From positions 1 through 10,935 of the forward strand of contig JBKPAK010000306.1 of assembly GCA_046726415.1 (NCBI GenBank): a stretch of DNA of 10,935 bases. Direction: 5' to 3'. The notes below the pieces were generated by a model that was given only the letters and a program-made list of their open reading frames with translations, was not told the DNA's origin and ran no database searches. Position numbers and translations under genes: made by a program. Within the stretch, counting starts at the first letter, position 1. Every line of letters starts with the position of its first letter. Of the stretch, positions 7,222-10,935 are shown piece after piece. The DNA comes from Candidatus Methylomirabilota bacterium. GTDB taxonomy: Bacteria; Methylomirabilota; Methylomirabilia; Rokubacteriales; CSP1-6.

Positions 7222-8480
7222 ATCTGCGACCGTTCGGGGCCGACGGACACGAAGCGAATACGCGTCCCGACGAGCCGCTCGATCGTGCGGACATATTCCC
7301 GGGCGGCCGACGGGAGGTCGTCGAAGCGGCGGCACGCCGTGATGTCGCCGGTCCAGCCGGGCATCTCCAGGTATACCGGCTCGGCCTCGTCGAGCAACGA
7401 GTTGAGCGGAAACGTCGTGGTCGATTCGCCGCGAATGCGATACGCCGTGCAGATCTTCAGCGACGGGAGACCCGACAGGCAATCGAGCTTCGTCAGCGCG
7501 ATCTCCGTGGCGCCCTGCACATACGCGCCGAAGCGCGACGCGACCGCATCGAAGTGCCCGATCCGCCGCGGTCGCCCCGTCGCCGCTCCGTACTCGAACG
7601 CCACCTCACGGAGCGTGTCGGCGACCTCGGCTTGCATCTCCGTGACGAAGGGGCCGACGCCGACGCACGTCGAAAACGCCTTCATCACGCCGACCACACG
7701 ATCGATCGGATGGCCGAACAAGCCGCTGCCGACGGGCGCGAAGCTGGCCAGCGCGCACGACGAGGTCGTAAACGGGTAGATGCCGAGATACACGTCGCGC
7801 AGCGCGCCGAGCTGGGCTTCGAACAACAGCCGCTTCCCCGCCGCCGCCTCGCGCTCCAGCACGACGCTCGTGTCGAGCACCATCGGTGCGACACGGCGTG
7901 CGAACTTCTCCACCCATGCGCGCACGTCGGCGAACGACACGCCCTCGGTCTTGCCATACGCTCCGCGGGCCACCAACTGCTTCCACGTGACGATCGTCTG
8001 CAGCTGCGCGTCGCGCCAGGCCGGCTGCAGCAGGTCGCCGATCCGGATGGCTTTCTTCAGGTGCCGGTCGCCGTACGCCGGTGCGATCCCGCGCTTCGTC
8101 GAGCCATACGCCTGGTGACCGAGCCGCTCTTCCTCCCACTCATCTTCCTGCCGATGGAACGGAAAACAGACAGTCGCGCGATCGGACACGACGATGCGAT
8201 CCATCGACAGGCCGGCGGCGCGCAGGTTGTCGATCTCGTCGACGAGCGCCTCCAGATCGATCACCATGCCGGGCCCGAGCACGTTGAGAACGGATGGGCG
8301 GAAGATGCCGGACGGAATGAGATGCAGCTTGAAGGTGCCGAACTCGTTGACAACGGTGTGCCCGGCATTGTTGCCGCCCTGATACCGGACGACGACGTCG
8401 GCATCCTTCGACAAGTAGTCGACGATCCTCCCTTTTCCTTCGTCCCCCCAGTTGACTCCACACACGACCGTCAGGCTCAT
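7206..8480 (-). CDS. purA: Adenylosuccinate synthetase, 424 aa
   Basis: GAGGAG 5 nt before ATG 8480. Motifs WGDEGKG, RYQGGNNAGHT, HLIPSGI, YPFTTSS, EYGAATGRPRRIGHFD, LTKLDCL, VSVGPER. Full length and intact. Confidence 0.97.
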   Translation of the reverse strand: MSLTVVCGVNWGDEGKGRIVDYLSKDADVVVRYQGGNNAGHTVVNEFGTFKLHLIPSGIFRPSVLNVLGPGMVIDLEALVDEIDNLRAAGLSMDRIVVSDRATVCFPFHRQEDEWEEERLGHQAYGSTKRGIAPAYGDRHLKKAIRIGDLLQPAWRDAQLQTIVTWKQLVARGAYGKTEGVSFADVRAWVEKFARRVAPMVLDTSVVLEREAAAGKRLLFEAQLGALRDVYLGIYPFTTSSCALASFAPVGSGLFGHPIDRVVGVMKAFSTCVGVGPFVTEMQAEVADTLREVAFEYGAATGRPRRIGHFDAVASRFGAYVQGATEIALTKLDCLSGLPSLKICTAYRIRGESTTTFPLNSLLDEAEPVYLEMPGWTGDITACRRFDDLPSAAREYVRTIERLVGTRIRFVSVGPERSQMIETV

Positions 8481-8594
8481 CCGCACTCCTCAAGCGATTG
8501 GTCGAGAGTACTCCGCCGCTGCCGCCCGGACCCGTCACGCCGATACACATTCTAGTCGACGGCATCCGCGCGCGGAGCACCACCAGCGGCGTCC

Positions 8595-8687
8595 CTACCA
8601 GACGAACGGCACGAGGCGGTATCGAACGCGTCCGGCGTAGGCGGCATCGCCCGCGAGCTCACGAATGAGGGTGACATCCTCCGCACG
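8595..8687 (-). pseudogene. C-terminal fragment of an isoprenylcysteine carboxyl methyltransferase-family membrane protein
   Basis: Not in the ORF track. Minus strand reads RAEDVTLIRELAGDAAYAGRVRYRLVPFVW*, matching the recalled family tail ED..L..EL.GY..Y..RVRYRL.P.VW. Confidence 0.7.
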
Positions 8688-8692
8688 CGCGA

Positions 8693-9016
8693 TTGGTCGG
8701 GGCCCTGCAGCGGGCGGGAGCGGAGGTCGGGACCGTCGTCACCCCGACCGAGCTACTGGAAGCGCTCCACGAGCGCGGGTACGCGTGGGTCAAGAGCACG
8801 CGTGGGCTCGCGGGGCTCCTGTCTCCCCTTGGGCTGGTGGCCCGGCCGGCGCGTCACGGGGGCCGGCAGGGACGGTTCTACCTGCTCAATGCAGCGGTCC
8901 TGAGCGACCTCGCGACACGCTACAACCCGGCGGCGCGAGAGCCTGTGGGCACCGAACTCGATCCCGAAACCCGCCAGCAAGCGTTGACAAGCGTAACAAC
9001 CGTATCAGCGCCGTGA
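8693..9016 (+). pseudogene. C-terminal winged-helix fragment of a phage/satellite primase-helicase-like replication protein (DUF3631-like)
   Basis: VTPTELLEAL...STRGLAGLLSPLGLVARPARHGGRQGRFYLL resembles the wHTH tail of such proteins. It lacks a credible start or RBS and is immediately followed by iteron-like repeats. Confidence 0.5.
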
Positions 9017-9112
9017 AATCAGTAACTTACCGTCAGATTCGATTCGCAACAGCCCCATCGCGAGGTGTCTTGGAAGTGCGCGAAAGGCAAGCGTTGTTAC
9101 GTGTTACGGTTG
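8977..9112. repeat. Origin-like array of direct and inverted short repeats around an IHF consensus
   Basis: GCAAGCGTTG at 8977 and 9087. CAAGCGTAA at 8988 and CAACCGTAT at 8997. Inverted pairs CGTAACAAC (8992-9000)/GTTGTTACG (9093-9101) and CAACCGTA (8997-9004)/TACGGTTG (9105-9112). AATCAGTAACTTA (9017-9029) fits WATCARNNNNTTR. Locally AT-richer. Confidence 0.6.
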
Positions 9113-9122
9113 CCGACGGTAA

Positions 9123-9563
9123 TTGGGAGACAACGCGCCAGCCGAGAATCCGGTGGAGAACCTGACCTCGACGCTTCAGGTGCTTGCCGCCCGTCTCGGC
9201 GGCGGTGACACCGATCGCCGTGACTTGTCCATGGCACGGACCAATGCGAGTCCTGGAGCCGTGGCCGTCGACGCGCTGATGTCGCCGCTGATCGCCATGC
9301 CCCTCGACGTCTTCGCCCGCGACGGCCAGTGGCTTGAGGTTCGCGTCCCCTGGGTGAAGGTGACGCTATGGTTCGTACCCGAAGAGCGCGATGCCGAGAT
9401 GCTCGGCGGCGAAGGCGTGCATCGCGGGCGAGTGTGGACCGCGAGGGAATTGATCGGCGTCATGGCGATCACAGGTCGGAGGGAAGCATTGCCGAGTATC
9501 ACGCTGGCGAAGCTCACGTTCGACGGTGACATCGCCGAGGCGATCACCCCGAAAGGACAGTGA
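9123..9563 (+). CDS. Hypothetical protein of the phage/satellite-like segment (start uncertain; may be a remnant)
   Basis: Protein-like core MPLDVFARDGQWLEVRVPWVKVTLWFVP...GVHRGRVWTAREL...AKLTFDGDI, co-oriented with the primase-like fragment. Confidence 0.55.
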   Translation: MGDNAPAENPVENLTSTLQVLAARLGGGDTDRRDLSMARTNASPGAVAVDALMSPLIAMPLDVFARDGQWLEVRVPWVKVTLWFVPEERDAEMLGGEGVHRGRVWTARELIGVMAITGRREALPSITLAKLTFDGDIAEAITPKGQ

Positions 9564-9596
9564 AGGGATCACGACCTCCGCACGACGCCTCGATGG

Positions 9597-10010
9597 ATGC
9601 ACGGTCGGGACGGGACGCTCTTCCCCGAAGCTCGGCAGGCCGAGAGCAACGGGGATGCCCCCAGCGCTACGTCATCCGGTGACCCAGCTCCGGGTCTGCT
9701 TCACGTTCACGCGCTTTTCCTGCCGCCGGACATCGACGCAGCGCTGGACCGGCTCCACCGCGACTACATCGCGTGGTGGATTGCGAAGGACAATCCTGCG
9801 TGGCGGCGTTTTCCGTCGCGCGAGATTGCGGTTTGCCCGTCACACGACTTCGTGAGGGTCACGGTGTTGCGAGAGCATACGGACTGGTGCCGCGGACTAT
9901 TCGGCCCGATTCTGCCGCTCAGCTATAGCCCTTGGAGACTCAGGACCGAGGCGGAGGCGTGGGCGGTGCGGCAGCTCCAGGCCATCGTCGTGGGCGGCGA
10001 CGCGATCTGA
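9597..10010 (+). CDS. Hypothetical protein
   Basis: 137-codon ORF, co-oriented with its neighbours, with globular-looking composition from LLHVHALFLPPDID onward. No recognised motif. Confidence 0.45.
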   Translation: MHGRDGTLFPEARQAESNGDAPSATSSGDPAPGLLHVHALFLPPDIDAALDRLHRDYIAWWIAKDNPAWRRFPSREIAVCPSHDFVRVTVLREHTDWCRGLFGPILPLSYSPWRLRTEAEAWAVRQLQAIVVGGDAI

Positions 10011-10429
10011 TACTTCCGGGGGCAAATCCGGCGGGGACTCCGTGGTCGATGGCGCAGCGCCAGCTGAGCTTCGGCCTGCTGTAGACACCATTCGCGTCGG
10101 CGTGCCCGTATCGCGTCCAACCCCTGGGCTCGGGTCCGAGTGCCGAGCCACATGGTCGAACACCGTATTATGTCGTAGCGCGGCCTGGCGGCCGCAACCA
10201 AGCCGCGGCGACTCGGCTGCGCCGTTTCGCCTCGGACCTACGGGGCTTGTCATCTGGTGGCCGGCCAGGACCATGATCGAATATCGGTGGGCGTCCTTGG
10301 ATCTAGGCGGCTGATCTGGACGCGGCGATCAGGGACCTGAGGGGAACATGCATTTCGCCGAATCCGTACCGGGGAAGGATCGGAGGTCTTTCTCGATCGA
10401 GGACTCGAGCGAGCCGAGTCGGTAGGGGG

Positions 10430-10458
10430 TTGCCTTCTCGCCTGAGTTCGTGTGCGAT
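10430..10458 (+). promoter_or_regulatory. Possible sigma70 promoter giving a leaderless transposase mRNA
   Basis: TTGCCT (10430-10435), 17-nt spacer, TGCGAT (10453-10458), then 6 nt to ATG 10465. No Shine-Dalgarno present. Confidence 0.3.
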
Positions 10459-10464
10459 GCGCGA

Positions 10465-10935
10465 ATGGACCAGTTCATCGCCAAGCACGCCGACAAGCTC
10501 CAAGGCACCCTCTCGTGCTTCGATCGGGTGTTGTTCCGCGGCTACCTGCCGTTCTTCAGCGGCTACGCCATGGCCAGGTTTCTGGAAACCCGCGGGGTCT
10601 ATCGGCGCGACGTGAAGCGGTTCGTGCTGACCCAGGCGTATCGGCTCAAGGACTACGCGCGGCAGCTGGCCGTGCGCGAGGGGCGGCCGTACCAATACTT
10701 CGGCGAACGCACCAGGAAGGAGGACCTCGCGCGCCAGTTGGCGGAGCGCGAGGGGATCACAGAGGGACTGGTCGGCGTCTTCGCGACGGTCGAACCCTGT
10801 CGCACGTTTTCCCTGCAGTGGCGCGAGGGGGCGGCCTTCATCCAATCGGCGCGGCGGAAGTGCCTCATCCTCTACTACTACTTCATGGATCGGGATCTGG
10901 GCCTCATCCATGTCCGGATCCAGACGTGGTTTCCT
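10465..10935 (+). CDS. 3'-truncated putative transposase, N-terminal 157 aa; same broad uncharacterised family as 3-740
   Basis: Absent from the ORF track because no stop falls in the window. Translation: MDQFIAKHADKLQGTLSCFDRVLFRGYLP...RKEDLARQ...GITEGLVGVFATVEPCRTF...RKCLILYYYFMDRDLGLIHVRIQTWFP, which carries the FDR..G, E.C and Y.YF.D..LG..H.RIQTWFP motifs I associate with this family. Confidence 0.8.
   Translation, partial: MDQFIAKHADKLQGTLSCFDRVLFRGYLPFFSGYAMARFLETRGVYRRDVKRFVLTQAYRLKDYARQLAVREGRPYQYFGERTRKEDLARQLAEREGITEGLVGVFATVEPCRTFSLQWREGAAFIQSARRKCLILYYYFMDRDLGLIHVRIQTWFP

Noticed and set aside
7206..8480. purZ (2-aminoadenine DNA pathway)
   Set aside because: The catalytic Asp in GDEGKG is retained (PurZ has Ser, GSTGKG-like), and no dATPase, MazZ or polymerase neighbours are present.
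6603..8555. 650-aa plus-strand ORF
   Set aside because: Antisense shadow of purA and the NTase relic; Arg/Ala-rich with no domain.
8977..9112. CRISPR array or other regularly spaced repeat array
   Set aside because: Repeats are only 8-10 bp, partly inverted and irregularly spaced. No cas genes or repeat-spacer periodicity were seen anywhere in the window.
10303..10911. 202-aa minus-strand ORF
   Set aside because: Antisense to the motif-bearing plus-strand frame starting at 10465.

Overview
GC-rich bacterial window that looks like a mobile-element graveyard around two intact modules: a peptide/nickel-type ABC importer without its ATPases (binding protein plus two permeases, minus strand, 1504-4916) and an atypical-clade adenylosuccinate synthetase (purA, 7206-8480). 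Each edge falls inside a member of a poorly characterised transposase-like family. The left edge (3-740) holds a C-terminal half with YDK/RIE motifs and a wHTH. The right edge (10465-10935) holds an N-terminal half that the ORF track missed. Reading across frames also recovers several decayed fragments: the tail of a large serine recombinase, an IS91/ISCR transposase 3' end with oriIS, a frameshifted Pol-beta nucleotidyltransferase downstream of purA, an isoprenylcysteine methyltransferase-like tail, and a phage/satellite primase-like tail followed by an iteron-plus-IHF origin-like array. The IS91 relic appears to have decayed mainly by T>G substitutions. All family assignments come from motif recognition by eye, not from database searches.
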